Origin: an uncultured Acidobacteriota bacterium
GTDB taxonomy: Bacteria > Acidobacteriota > Thermoanaerobaculia > Gp7-AA8
DNA: 64,000 nucleotides
Direction: 5' to 3'
Assembly: GCA_963822445.1 (NCBI GenBank)
Contig: CAWGHO010000003.1
Coordinates: 992,001 to 1,056,000 of the forward strand
Each line of letters begins with the position of its first letter. The stretch's first letter is position 1. The position numbers were made by a program, and so were the translations under genes. The notes beneath the pieces were generated by a model, which saw only the letters and a program-made list of their open reading frames with translations, did not search any database and was not told the DNA's origin. Below are positions 17,705-27,986 of the stretch, piece by piece.

Positions 17705-19948
17705 CTAGTTACCGTTGTTGACGCCAGCGCCTACCTGGAGATGCCAGAAGGCCGCATACACGCCGTTTTTCGCGAGCAGGGTCTCGTGGTCTCCGCGCTC
17801 GCATACCGTGCCGTCCTTCAACACCACGATCTCGCCGGCATTGCGGACCGTGGAGAGGCGATGGGCGATGACGAGCTTCGTGCGGCCCGGCGTGGCGATC
17901 GCGAGCGCGTCGAGCAACGCCGCCTCGGTCCGGCTGTCGATCGCCGACGTCGCCTCGTCGAGGACGAGGATCGGGGCGTCTTTCAACACCGCCCGCGCGA
18001 TGGCGACGCGTTGGCGCTCGCCTCCCGATAACCGAATCCCGCGCTCTCCCACCAGCGTGTCGTACCCATCGGGCATGGCCATGATGAAGTCGTGAGCGAG
18101 GGCCACGCGAGCCGCGGCGACGATGTCGTCGATCGTCGCGTCGTGCCGTCCGACGGCGATGTTGTCGCGGATCGTGCCGTCGAAAAGATACGCGTCCTGC
18201 GTGACCAGGCTGATCGCGCCGCGCAGCGACTCGAGCGCGAGATCGCGAATGTCGATGCCGTCGATCGAGATGCGGCCCGCGTTCGGGTCGTAGAAGCGCA
18301 GCAACAATTTGGCGATGGTGGTCTTCCCCGCGCCGGTCGGGCCGACGATCGCCAGCGTTTCTCCCGCGCCGGCGCGGAACGCGACATCCGAGATCGCTCC
18401 CGCCGCGCCGGGGTATTCGAATGCGACGCAGTCGAACACGATCTCGGCGCCGCGGCCGGAAGAGGGGGGTACTTCGCTGCCGCCGATGATGGTGGCTCGC
18501 GTATCCAGGAGCGCCTGGATGCGCGTCAGCGCGGCCTGCGCGTGCGTGAGCTCGTCGAAGAGATCGCCGAGGCGCGTCAACGGGTACCAGGTCCGGAAAC
18601 TGGCGTAGACCAGCGCCGAGAACATGCCGATGGACAGCGGCGTCTTCGAGGCGAAGAGTCCGAACGTGAGCAGCACGAGGTCGAAGCCGAGTGCGACCCA
18701 CATGCGCATGACCGGGTTGAATGCGGCCGAGAGTCGGCTCGCCGAGTCGGTGCGGAGCCGGTAGACGTCGCTCGTTTCCGCGAGCTGCGCGGCCACGCGC
18801 TCTTCGGCGGTGAAGCTCCTGATGGTGACCAACCCGTTGAGGCTCGTCGACAGCTCGAGCGCCAGACGGTCCGAGGCCGTGCGCACGTCGTCGTACGCCG
18901 GCCCGAGGCGCTCCTGAAACCAGCGCGAACTGATGATGGTGAGCGGGATCGGCACGAAGAGCAGCAGCGCGATCCACGGCGGCAGGAAGATCAGCGCCAC
19001 CAGCGGAATGAGGAGCACGGTCAGCGCCGAGACCGCCTCCATCGCCCGGTAGTCGAAGAACCGGCTGACCCTGTCGACGTCGTCGAGCAGGAGGTTGAGC
19101 AGCTCGCCGGAGCTCTTGCCCTCGATGTACGCCAGATCGAGCGTCTGGACGTGGCCATAGACCTCCAGGCGCATGTCCATGCGGATCCGCTGTCCAAGAC
19201 GGCGCCAGAGCAGCCACTGGACATATTCGAACAGGGAGCTGAGCGCCGCGCCGATCATGAGGAGGATGGAGACGAAGACGATCTGCCCGCCGACGGTGGT
19301 GATCCCGATGGCGGCAATCCACGCCGAAGCGCCGTTGGCGAGGATGTCGACGGCGAGGCCGATGCAGAACGGCAGGGCGAGGTCGGCAAAGCGCATGAGC
19401 AGGACCGCCACGCTCGGCGCGATCATGCCTTTGCCGTAACGCCGCCACAGGGCGGAGACCGGGTCGCGAGAGACCGCGCCGGCCGGCTCCTCGCGCAACT
19501 CGCGTCTGGCCCGTTTGACGCCGCCGACGATCGCCGCGGCTGCACCCACGCCGAGGGCGATCGAGCCGAGCGTGCTGGAAGCCCACGAGAGGATGGCGAA
19601 ACCGGCGGTCGCGACCAGGGCGTTGCGCACCCAGCGTCCGTCAAAGTCGGGAAGGACCGGCTCGTGAATGCGGGGCTCGCGTGGGGTGACCTCGGGACGA
19701 GGGTCGCGCGCCGCCAGCAACCGCACGCGGACTGCGACCTCCGCGACGACGCTTTCGGTCGGGCGATGTTCGTGAAACTGCACGAGGACGCCGCCGGTCG
19801 TCGCGTTCGCCGTCACCGCGGTGACGTCATCGAGGCCACGCAGATCGTCAGCCAGCTCCTCGGCGAGAGCCGGAGTGTCGCGGATCAACGGCACGCGCAG
19901 GCGAATTCTCCCCGGCAGGATGGAAACCGCCTCGAGCTGACTGCTCAT
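17705..19948 (-). CDS. Exporter-fold ABC transporter (TMD+NBD) with N-terminal HMA2-like domain
   Basis: ILPGRIRLRV...ANATTGGVLVQF; GPTGAGKT, LSGGERQR, LDEATS. Confidence 0.88.
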   Translation of the reverse strand: MSSQLEAVSILPGRIRLRVPLIRDTPALAEELADDLRGLDDVTAVTANATTGGVLVQFHEHRPTESVVAEVAVRVRLLAARDPRPEVTPREPRIHEPVLPDFDGRWVRNALVATAGFAILSWASSTLGSIALGVGAAAAIVGGVKRARRELREEPAGAVSRDPVSALWRRYGKGMIAPSVAVLLMRFADLALPFCIGLAVDILANGASAWIAAIGITTVGGQIVFVSILLMIGAALSSLFEYVQWLLWRRLGQRIRMDMRLEVYGHVQTLDLAYIEGKSSGELLNLLLDDVDRVSRFFDYRAMEAVSALTVLLIPLVALIFLPPWIALLLFVPIPLTIISSRWFQERLGPAYDDVRTASDRLALELSTSLNGLVTIRSFTAEERVAAQLAETSDVYRLRTDSASRLSAAFNPVMRMWVALGFDLVLLTFGLFASKTPLSIGMFSALVYASFRTWYPLTRLGDLFDELTHAQAALTRIQALLDTRATIIGGSEVPPSSGRGAEIVFDCVAFEYPGAAGAISDVAFRAGAGETLAIVGPTGAGKTTIAKLLLRFYDPNAGRISIDGIDIRDLALESLRGAISLVTQDAYLFDGTIRDNIAVGRHDATIDDIVAAARVALAHDFIMAMPDGYDTLVGERGIRLSGGERQRVAIARAVLKDAPILVLDEATSAIDSRTEAALLDALAIATPGRTKLVIAHRLSTVRNAGEIVVLKDGTVCERGDHETLLAKNGVYAAFWHLQVGAGVNNGN

Positions 19949-19991
19949 GCTTTCTCATCTCCCCGGGGACAATGACGCGGCGATACGCCGT

Positions 19992-20216
19992 CTAGACAAC
20001 CGGGCGCGGCACGGACTCTTCGCGCTCGACTTCCTGCCGGGCGTCCTCGAGGTCCTCGCGAATCTCGGCGGTCATCCGCTCGAAGTTGCGATTCATGCGG
20101 GCGATGCCTTTGTAGACGCCCTTCACCACCGGCCTCGCTCCGTCTTTGCCGACCAGCCCTTTGACGACGAGGGCGGTGGCGCCGCCGATTGCCGCGTATA
20201 GCAGTTTGTGCAACAT
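19992..20216 (-). CDS. 74-aa single-TM helical protein, PacL (DUF1490)/DUF5132/FezA-like P1B-ATPase partner
   Basis: MLHKLLYAAIGGATALVVKGL plus charged helix EIREDLEDARQE; GAAAGGGAG SD; 3' part of track ORF 19992..20723. Confidence 0.65.
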   Translation of the reverse strand: MLHKLLYAAIGGATALVVKGLVGKDGARPVVKGVYKGIARMNRNFERMTAEIREDLEDARQEVEREESVPRPVV

Positions 20217-20248
20217 GGGTGCTCCCTTTCTTCCGGGGACGGCTCTCT

Positions 20249-22453
20249 CTATCGCGATGGGGATCCGGAAAGAATATATGAGTTGGCGGTCTCGATGTCG
20301 ATTCCCTCGTCGGACGGGGGCCGATATCGGATGAGCCGGCTCGAGTTCGCGACCACCGCGATCGCGCCGGCGTTGTGAAGGATCGCGGCGATGAGCGGGT
20401 TGACGAGACCGAGGAGCGCGGCGATCACGCCGACGCCATTGAGGGCGAAGGAGAGTCCGTAGTTCTGTCGGATCACGCGCACGGTCTCGCGGCTGAGCCG
20501 GATCGCCGAGGCGACATCCCGGAGATCGTTGGACGCGAGGGTGAGACCGGCCGCGTCGATGGCGATGTCCGACCCTCCGGTGGCCATGGCGATCCCGAGG
20601 TCGGCGGCTGCCAGCGACGGAGCGTCGTTGATGCCGTCGCCGATCATTGCCACCCGGCGGCCGGACGCGCGGAGCTCCCGGATGAGCGCATATTTCTCCT
20701 CGGGCGACTGCGCGGCACGCCACTCGCTGATCCCCAGGTGGTCCGCGACATGCCCGGCGGCCTCGGCGCGATCGCCTGTCAGCATGATGAAGTCCGGAAC
20801 GAGACGACGCAGAGCGCCGATGGCCGCCGCGGCTTCGGCACGAAGCGGATTCGCGACCGTGATCGCGCCAGCCACTGAACCGGCGACAGCGACATAGACC
20901 ACCGATTCCGCGCGATGCAATTCAACGTGCGGTACCGTCACACCGGACCGCTCGAGGAGCCGCGCACTGCCGACGAGGACGGTTCCGGCGCCCAGGTTCG
21001 CCATCACACCCTCGCCCGGGTACTCCGTGAAGTCTCCCAGCCCGCCGCTGGTGATGCCGTAGTTGCGCGCGTGATCGACGATGGCGCGGCTGAGCGGATG
21101 GTGGGAGCGGTTGATCGCGCGGGCCGCGACCGTGATCAGCTCGACCTCGGTCATGCCGGCGGCGAACACGATCGTGCGGGCCACAACCGGCTTGCCGAGC
21201 GTCAGCGTGCCGGTCTTGTCGAAGACGACAACATCGATGGACGCTGCCGCCTCGACGTTCGGGCCGCCTTTGATCAGGATGCCCCGCCGGGCCGCGTTGC
21301 CGATGGCGGCGCTCACCGGCGACGGCGTCGCCAGACCGATCGCGCAGGGGCAGGCCATCAGCAGGATGGAGACGGCGCTGGCGACATTGCCGGTGAGGAG
21401 CAGCACGCCGAGTGCGAGCAGCACGGCGGACGGCACGAACACGCCGGCGAACCGTTCGCCGACCAGCTCGATCGGCGCATGCAGCGATTCGGCTTCCTCG
21501 ACGCGAAGAATCAGGCGGCCCATCACGGTGTCGGCGCCGAGGTGCTCGACGCGCAGAAGAAAGCCGCTCGCGGAGACGACGGTCGTGCCGGCCTTCACGT
21601 GATCTCCCGGCTGTCGCAGGACGGGGAGGCTCTCGCCGGTGATCGACGACTCGTCGATCGAGGCTTCGCCGCCGGTCACGTCGCCGTCGGCGGGCACGCG
21701 CTCGCCGGCGTAAACCGCGATCACATCGCCCGGTTTCAGCGCGGAGATCGGGCGGCGCACGTCGCCGGCGTCGGTCCGCAGCCAGGCGTAGCCGTCGTCG
21801 GCGGAGAGGAGGTTGCGGATGGCGGTGCGGGTGCGGCGCAGGGTCGAGGCATGGGCGTACTCGCCGATGTTGAGCAGCCAGACGATCGAGAGGGAAGTCA
21901 GGGTCTCGCCGGTCACGAGCGCGCTCACGACGCCCGCGCTGACCAGCGTGTCGGTGCTGACCTTCCGCTCGCGCAGCTCTTCCAGCGCGCCGCGGAAATA
22001 CCGCTTCGCCGTGAACAGCGCGACGAGCGTGGCCACGACTCCGCCGGTCGTTGAGACAGCGAGGGGGACGAGCGCCCACCGCGCCGCGAGCGACCAGGCC
22101 AGCGCCGCGCCGCCGAGGACCAGGTCACGGCGCAGCGCTCGCGGCGAGGCCGTGTGCTCGTGATGACCGTGATGATGGTGATGACCCGGACGCTTCGGGA
22201 GCGCGCGGACGATGACCTCTTCCACCTGCCGCAGATCGGTGGTCCCGACGAACGTGACCAGCACGCTGCCGGTGAGCGTGTTCACCTCGACGCCGGTCAC
22301 GCCCTCCCTGGAGCGAAGCGACAGGGACACGGCCTCGGCCTGAGCGCCGGAGCGCAGTGCCCGCGACCGCCACCGCGCCCGGCCGGGAGCACGCGAGGAG
22401 AGGACCAGAGACTCCCGGAGTCTCGAGGCAGCGTCATGGTCTGGTAGCGACAT
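20249..22453 (-). CDS. Heavy-metal P1B-type ATPase, CtpC-like
   Basis: N-terminal PGRARW...NTLTGSVLV; His-rich linker; TGES, CPC, DKTGTLT, GDGINDAP, AILHN...VVANSSRLIRY. Confidence 0.93.
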   Translation of the reverse strand: MSLPDHDAASRLRESLVLSSRAPGRARWRSRALRSGAQAEAVSLSLRSREGVTGVEVNTLTGSVLVTFVGTTDLRQVEEVIVRALPKRPGHHHHHGHHEHTASPRALRRDLVLGGAALAWSLAARWALVPLAVSTTGGVVATLVALFTAKRYFRGALEELRERKVSTDTLVSAGVVSALVTGETLTSLSIVWLLNIGEYAHASTLRRTRTAIRNLLSADDGYAWLRTDAGDVRRPISALKPGDVIAVYAGERVPADGDVTGGEASIDESSITGESLPVLRQPGDHVKAGTTVVSASGFLLRVEHLGADTVMGRLILRVEEAESLHAPIELVGERFAGVFVPSAVLLALGVLLLTGNVASAVSILLMACPCAIGLATPSPVSAAIGNAARRGILIKGGPNVEAAASIDVVVFDKTGTLTLGKPVVARTIVFAAGMTEVELITVAARAINRSHHPLSRAIVDHARNYGITSGGLGDFTEYPGEGVMANLGAGTVLVGSARLLERSGVTVPHVELHRAESVVYVAVAGSVAGAITVANPLRAEAAAAIGALRRLVPDFIMLTGDRAEAAGHVADHLGISEWRAAQSPEEKYALIRELRASGRRVAMIGDGINDAPSLAAADLGIAMATGGSDIAIDAAGLTLASNDLRDVASAIRLSRETVRVIRQNYGLSFALNGVGVIAALLGLVNPLIAAILHNAGAIAVVANSSRLIRYRPPSDEGIDIETANSYILSGSPSR

Positions 22454-22537
22454 GGCAGCCGTTGTTGCAACTCGCGTGAACGGTTCGCCAGCGATTCTAG
22501 TCCGATCGCGTTCAGACCGCCTCGAAGGGCGCGCTGC

Positions 22538-23212
22538 TCAAACGCCTAGCCGCTCGCGGACGTTGTCGCGATAAACCCGTCCGACCCGCACGATCGAATC
22601 ATCGTTCAGCACCAGCGCGGCCGAGCGGACTCCGCGCACGTGGTCGAAATTCGCGATGTACGAGCGGTGAACGCGCGCGAAGCACGCCGGCAGCATCGAC
22701 TCGAGCGACGTGAGCGTCTTCTCGTGCAGGTGCACGTTGCCGTCGCGCAGATGGAGCTCGGAGTAATCGTCGGCGCCGCGGATGAAGGTGATGTCGTCGA
22801 CGCGGATCGTGCGCAGCTCGCGGCCCTTGCGGACGACCAGGCATCGCGCGCGGCCGGGTGACGTGCGGTCGGTTGCACGCTCGACGGCGACGCGCAGCCG
22901 TTCCGCCGTCCAGGGTTTTGCGACGAAATCGGCGACGCCGTAGTCGAACGCGCGAACGGCCTGCTCGTGATGCGCGGAGACGACCACCGTCTGAAAGGGC
23001 GAAGCGGATGCTTCTTCCAGCAGTTTGAAGCCATCGCTACCGTTCAGATTCAGATCGAGAAAGAGAAGGTCGAACCGGCGCGTCATCAGCGTCCGCGCGG
23101 CGGAAAGGGAAGGCGCGAGGTCGATCGTGGCGTCGACACCAACGATGTCCCGCACCATCCTCTCGAGCCTGCGCGCGACGATGGCTTCATCTTCGACGAT
23201 GGCGATCTTCAC
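22538..23212 (-). CDS. LytTR-family response regulator
   Basis: KIAIVEDE, DLLFLD and FVAKP receiver motifs; FARVHRSYIAN; GTGA overlap with the kinase stop. Confidence 0.92.
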   Translation of the reverse strand: MKIAIVEDEAIVARRLERMVRDIVGVDATIDLAPSLSAARTLMTRRFDLLFLDLNLNGSDGFKLLEEASASPFQTVVVSAHHEQAVRAFDYGVADFVAKPWTAERLRVAVERATDRTSPGRARCLVVRKGRELRTIRVDDITFIRGADDYSELHLRDGNVHLHEKTLTSLESMLPACFARVHRSYIANFDHVRGVRSAALVLNDDSIVRVGRVYRDNVRERLGV

Positions 23213-24879
23213 GCCGGCACCTCCAGCTCGGCGCGCCAAAGCGAGCCGGCGCGTCCCTGGCGGAAGGTCCAGGCCTCGCCCCACGCCTCGCGCAGACGCG
23301 CTTCGATGTACTTCGTGCCGGTTCCGTTCGCGCCGTTGCTCTCGTCGCCAGCGGGCGCTTCGAACACGTACCGCACGCGCGATCCCGATTGCGACGCCGA
23401 CAAGCGCAACGTGACTTTCGGTGACGCCGCGCCATGCGTTACGGCGTTCTCCACGAGCGTGTGAAAAACGGCCGGTGGCACGCGATGCGATCCGTCGATG
23501 CCTTCGACTTCGAGGTCGTACGCCACATCCTTGCGAAGGCTCATGTTCGCGAGATGGCTCCGGCAGAGCCGCAGTTCATCGTCCGCGCTGACCAGCGTCG
23601 CCGTCGACATCTCGCCGAGGATGCGCAGCTCGTCGGCCAGGGCGTCGATCATCCGCACGGCGGTTCGCGGTTCCTGCTCGATCCATTCGGAAAGCGCGGT
23701 GAGCGTGTTCATCAGAAAGTGCGGCTGCAGATGCCGCTTGAGCATCTCCACTTCCAGCCGCGCCGATCGCACGACCGCCTCGGTCTTCTGCTGCTGCTCG
23801 CGCCGCACTTCGAGCGCGTGCGAGCAGAGAAGGCAGACGAACAGGAAGATCGAGCGCGAAGTACAGCCGGCTGTCGACCCAGGCCCAGGGGTTCTGCCAG
23901 AACGCTGCGGTCGCACCACCGACGCCGATGAACGCGAGCACGCTGCCGTTCATCCGCCTGATGGCCGCCCACGTCGTCCACGCCGCGGCGACGCTGAGGC
24001 AGAGCGCGAAGATATAGCCGGACTTCGGATCCCAGCCCGCGCGGAAAGATCGGGATGATCGCGGCGATCAACGCCGTGAGTCCGAGCAGCGCACGCCCGA
24101 ACCTGCCCGGGAATCGCGTCACCACCAAGCGCCACGAGCAGCACGCCGGTCAGCCACGACAGCCCGACCACGCATCGCAGCCGCACGATGTGCCAGTCAT
24201 ACGTGTACCCGAACAGCGGCCGCCACGCCTCGGCGGCGAGCAACCCGCCCGCAGCGAGACAGAGGACGCCGAGGAGGAGGAAGGAAGCGGTCTCGGCGGG
24301 TGAGCCAGAACATCGCGAATGCGAAGACCGTGGTGAGGACGATGCCGCTCAGCGCCGCGAGGGCGATTGCGCGGTGCGCGTCCGCATCGCGATGATCCGG
24401 TCGTAATTGCCGAGCTGGATGCCCCAGTAGCCGTGCACCGGCGAAAAGCCGCGATGAAACACCGACATGCGGATTGCCACGGTGTGCATGCCCGGCGCGA
24501 TCAGACGATCGGGGACGTGGTAGTGCGCCTCGATCGGGCCCGGAACCTCGCTCGCTTTCGTGCGGCCGACGACACCTCCGCCGCCGATCTTCTCGCCGTC
24601 CCACCAGATCTCGTGCGAGGCCATGCCGCCGAAGTAGATGCCGAACGGGTGACCCGGCTTCACTTTGAATTCGGTCAGATCGAGTTTCAGGCGAACCCAC
24701 AGCGAATCGTCGGGTTGCGGCAACTTGTCGAACGACGCCTCGATCCACTGCGATTCATCGAGCGACCGCGCGGACCACGACGGATCGTGACCGACGCGAT
24801 AGCGCAGCGTTCCGTCCCACGCACGAGGCGGCTCGGCGGCGGCCGTCGTCGCCGCAAGAACGAGCGCGAGAAGGAGCAT
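23209..24879 (-). pseudogene. LytS-family membrane histidine kinase with multiple frameshifts (decay or sequencing error)
   Basis: LQPHFLMNTL and LVENAVTHG; TM segments spread over at least six ORF pieces in different frames. Confidence 0.8.
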
Positions 24880-24907
24880 GACCGGCACGGTAGCAGCGCG
24901 CGAGTGA

Positions 24908-24937
24908 CGCTCACCGACGCGCGGCGTCGTTCGCCGA
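24908..24937 (+). promoter_or_regulatory. Candidate LytTR tandem binding site upstream of the hydrolase
   Basis: cgctcaccga / cgttcgccga with 20 nt period; resembles the AlgR-type CCGTTCGTC site. Confidence 0.35.
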
Positions 24938-24990
24938 TGCGCGCGCATCCGCGGTCGTGGGTCTGCGTACGTTCGTGTCGGAGGCAATGA

Positions 24991-26710
24991 ATGCTCATAC
25001 GAATGGCAGTACTGACAGTTGCGATCGCAGCAAGCGCCGCGGCCGCGCCGGCCCCTGCTAAAGCCACGTTCACACCGATGACGTTTGAAGCGCAGGACGG
25101 ACAGAAAGTCGCCGCGGAGAAAGGGGAGTTCACCGTCCCCGAGAACCGAAACAAACCCGGATCGCGGAACATCGCCATCCGCTTCGTCCGCTTCAAATCG
25201 ACCGCGGCGAATCCCGGGCCATCCCATCGTTTATCTGGCCGGCGGACCGGGAGGTTCAGGGATCGGCGCCGCGATGTCGACGCGCTTTCCGCTCTTCATG
25301 TCATTCCGCGAGCACGCCGACGTGATCGCCTACGACCAGCGCGGGACCAACGAGTCGGGCGGCGCGGATTTGCGGTGCTCCGAGGAGTACGTGATTGCAC
25401 CGAATCAACCGCTGGATCGGGTGCAAAGGCGGCGCGGCCATGGCCGCGCCATGCGCAAATGCGCCGAGCGGCTGACCGCGGCGGGAGTGGACCTCGCCGG
25501 CTACAACACGCGCGAGAGCGCCGCCGATCTCGAGGATCTCCGCAAAGCCCTCGGCGCGGAGAAGCTCGTGCTCTGGGGCATCAGCTACGGGACGCACCTG
25601 GCCGCGGCCGATGCTGCGCTATCACCCGCGATCCGTCGAGCGCGTGATCCTCGCGGGGATCGAAGGGCCCGACGACACGTACAAGCTTCCCAGCGATCAG
25701 CAGACGTTGATGGAGGAGATCGCGCGTCTCGCGGCGCGCGACGGAAAGCATCCCGATCTCCTCGGCGCAATCGGAAAGCTCATGCGCCGAGCTCGAGGCG
25801 CGCCCGAAGTCGCGTGTCGCTCACGCATCCGCTGAACGATCAGACGGCGACGTTCGTCTTCGGCAAGCTCGACCTGCAGAGGGCGCTCGCCGACATGCTC
25901 TTCGCGCCGGATTCATTCGCGGCGATGCCCGATCTCGTCGCGCGACTCGAGCGAGGGCGACTGGACCGCCCTCGGACTGGCCGCCGGCCGCCGGCGCGAT
26001 TCGGACCCGGCGCCTCGGGCGATGTCTGTGGCCATGGACTGCGCGTCAGGCATCAGCGACGCGCGCAGACAACGCATCGCCGAGGAGGCGAAGCGGACGC
26101 TGCTCGGCGACGCGATCAACATGCCCTTTCCCGAGATCTGCGCGGCGGTGAATGTCCCCGACGCGGGCGACGCGTTTCGCGGCGCCGGTCGTGAGCGACG
26201 TTCCGGCGCTCCTGATCAGCGGAACGCTGGATGGCCGCACGCGGCCGCGGCAGGCCGAGGAGCTGCGGTTGACGATGCCGAACGCGCGAGCAACTGGTCA
26301 TCGAGGGCGCGGGACACAGCGACCCGCTCTTTCTCTCCTCGCCGAAGATCCTCGAGGCCATGAAAGCGTTCCTGCGCGGCGAGCCGTTGCGCGAGCGCTA
26401 TCTGACCGCGCCGCCGGCGACGTTCCTCGCCGCGCGCAAGGTCGCCGCAGTCGGCGACGACGTGCTCGGACGCTACGTGGGCACTTACCGGATCGACGAG
26501 AAGAACGCCCGCCGGGTGATCAAGGCCGGCTCGGTGCTGTACACCCTTCGCGAAGGCAGCCAGCCCTTCGCGATCCGGCCGGCATCGGAGACCGAGTTCT
26601 TCTACGAGGCCACGCCGAGCACGATCCGTTTCGAGGTGAAGGAAGGAAAGGTCGTGGCGATGGTTTTTCGCGGACCGGACGGGGTGGAGCAGCGGGCGGT
26701 GAGGGAGTAG
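24991..26710 (+). pseudogene. Secreted alpha/beta hydrolase (tripeptidyl-aminopeptidase-like) with multiple frameshifts
   Basis: Signal peptide; VPENR, YLAGGPGGSG, YDQRG, nucleophile WGISYG, ISGTLDGRT; pieces in all three frames. Confidence 0.8.
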
Positions 26711-26728
26711 GGAAGTAGAATCCAGCGC

Positions 26729-27082
26729 ATGGCCCTCGTCATCCGCTGGATTCTCAACACCCTGGCCCTGTTCCTCGTCGTCACGGTCGTCCCCGGCTTC
26801 CACTACCGCTCGTGGATTTCGCTGGTAATTGCCGCCGCTGTGCTAGGGCTGCTGAACACGATCGTCCGGCCGATTCTCTTCTTCCTCACGCTGCCGCTCA
26901 CGGTCATCACCCTGGGCCTGTTTCTGCTGATTCTGAACGGGATCATGCTCGAGCTGACGGCCTGGCTCGTCCCGGGATTCGACATCGACTCCTTCTGGTG
27001 GGCCATCGTCGGCGCGCTCGTTCTGGCCATCGTTTCGCTGGTCACGAATCGCATCGGTCCGCAGCGGGATGAGCGGCGCTGA
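26729..27082 (+). CDS. 4-TM YvlD/holin-like family membrane protein
   Basis: LNTIVRPILFFLTLPLTVITLGLFLLILNG motif. Confidence 0.88.
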   Translation: MALVIRWILNTLALFLVVTVVPGFHYRSWISLVIAAAVLGLLNTIVRPILFFLTLPLTVITLGLFLLILNGIMLELTAWLVPGFDIDSFWWAIVGALVLAIVSLVTNRIGPQRDERR

Positions 27083-27188
27083 TGACTAAATGCCCCGCGA
27101 GGACGAAGCGACTGGCGATCCGCACGTGCGTCAGCGCAGCAACCAGCGCAACCGGCCGTGCCGGTCTGGTACTATTCGGCCCGTCCGT

Positions 27189-27539
27189 ATGAACATCATC
27201 AAAAACAGGGTGAATGACGTCACCGTTCTCGACATTCAGGGCGTGATCAAGCTCGGCGAGAGCGCCCGCGAGTTCTCCAGCTACCTGGAGAAGGTCCTCA
27301 ACGACGAGACCGGGCCGGTGATGATCAATTTCGAGGCGATCAACTACATGGACTCGACCGGTCTCGGCGAGTTGATCGGCTACCTGCAGAAGTTCGAGGA
27401 CAGGCAGCGCAAGATGGCCCTGGTCAAGCCCTCCCACCGCATCCTGGCCCTGCTGAAGATCACCAAGCTGGACACGGTGTTCAAGATCTTCGACTCGCGC
27501 GAAACGGCCATGCAGTACCTGACCGAGAGCGCGGCGTAA
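27189..27539 (+). CDS. STAS-domain anti-sigma factor antagonist
   Basis: INYMDSTGLGELI with phosphorylatable Ser; ITKLDTVF. Confidence 0.9.
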   Translation: MNIIKNRVNDVTVLDIQGVIKLGESAREFSSYLEKVLNDETGPVMINFEAINYMDSTGLGELIGYLQKFEDRQRKMALVKPSHRILALLKITKLDTVFKIFDSRETAMQYLTESAA

Positions 27540-27600
27540 CCCTTCCGGCCGCGAAGTTGCTTCCCCCCGTATCGCGCGACTAGTATTCGCCCGCCTTTTT

Positions 27601-27978
27601 ATGACGAACAGTTACATCCCCATCCTGATCATGCTCATCATCGCCGCGGGCATGGGCGCGCTCTTCCTGAGCCTGAACTGGTTCCTCGGAAAGCATCAGC
27701 GGAATCCGTCGAAGCTGGCCCCGTACGAGAGCGGCGTGCCCCTCCTCGACGAGAGCCGGAAGCGGGTCAACGTCCGCTTCTACCAGATCGCGATGCTGTT
27801 CATCCTGTTCGACATCGAGGCCGCGTTCCTCTATCCCTGGGCGGTCATCTATCGCGACGCAACGCGCGGCCCGAGCGGCCTGTCCTGGTTCATCTTCGGC
27901 GAGATGCTGCTCTTCATCCTTCTCCTCGGCGTGGGCTACGTCTACGTCTGGAAGAAGAAGACTTTTGACTGGAAGTAA
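27601..27978 (+). CDS. nuoA: NADH-quinone oxidoreductase subunit A
   Basis: KLAPYESG, FYQIAMLFILFDIEAAFLYPWA. Confidence 0.95.
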   Translation: MTNSYIPILIMLIIAAGMGALFLSLNWFLGKHQRNPSKLAPYESGVPLLDESRKRVNVRFYQIAMLFILFDIEAAFLYPWAVIYRDATRGPSGLSWFIFGEMLLFILLLGVGYVYVWKKKTFDWK

Positions 27979-27986
27979 CGTCCGAC

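Larger units (their letters stand above)
5499..22550. mobile_element. Putative genomic island (metal uptake/efflux/oxidation cargo) bounded by lytTR 3'-end direct repeats; no integrase seen
   Basis: Flanking ~250 bp direct repeat and thematically coherent accessory cargo. Confidence 0.55.

Noticed and set aside
20249-22453. Firm call as ferrosome fezB
   Set aside because: The TM motif is CPC, not the SCA typical of P1B-6 FezB; kept as CtpC-like
26729-27082. Prophage suggested by the holin-family annotation
   Set aside because: YvlD-like proteins are common chromosomal genes and no phage genes are nearby
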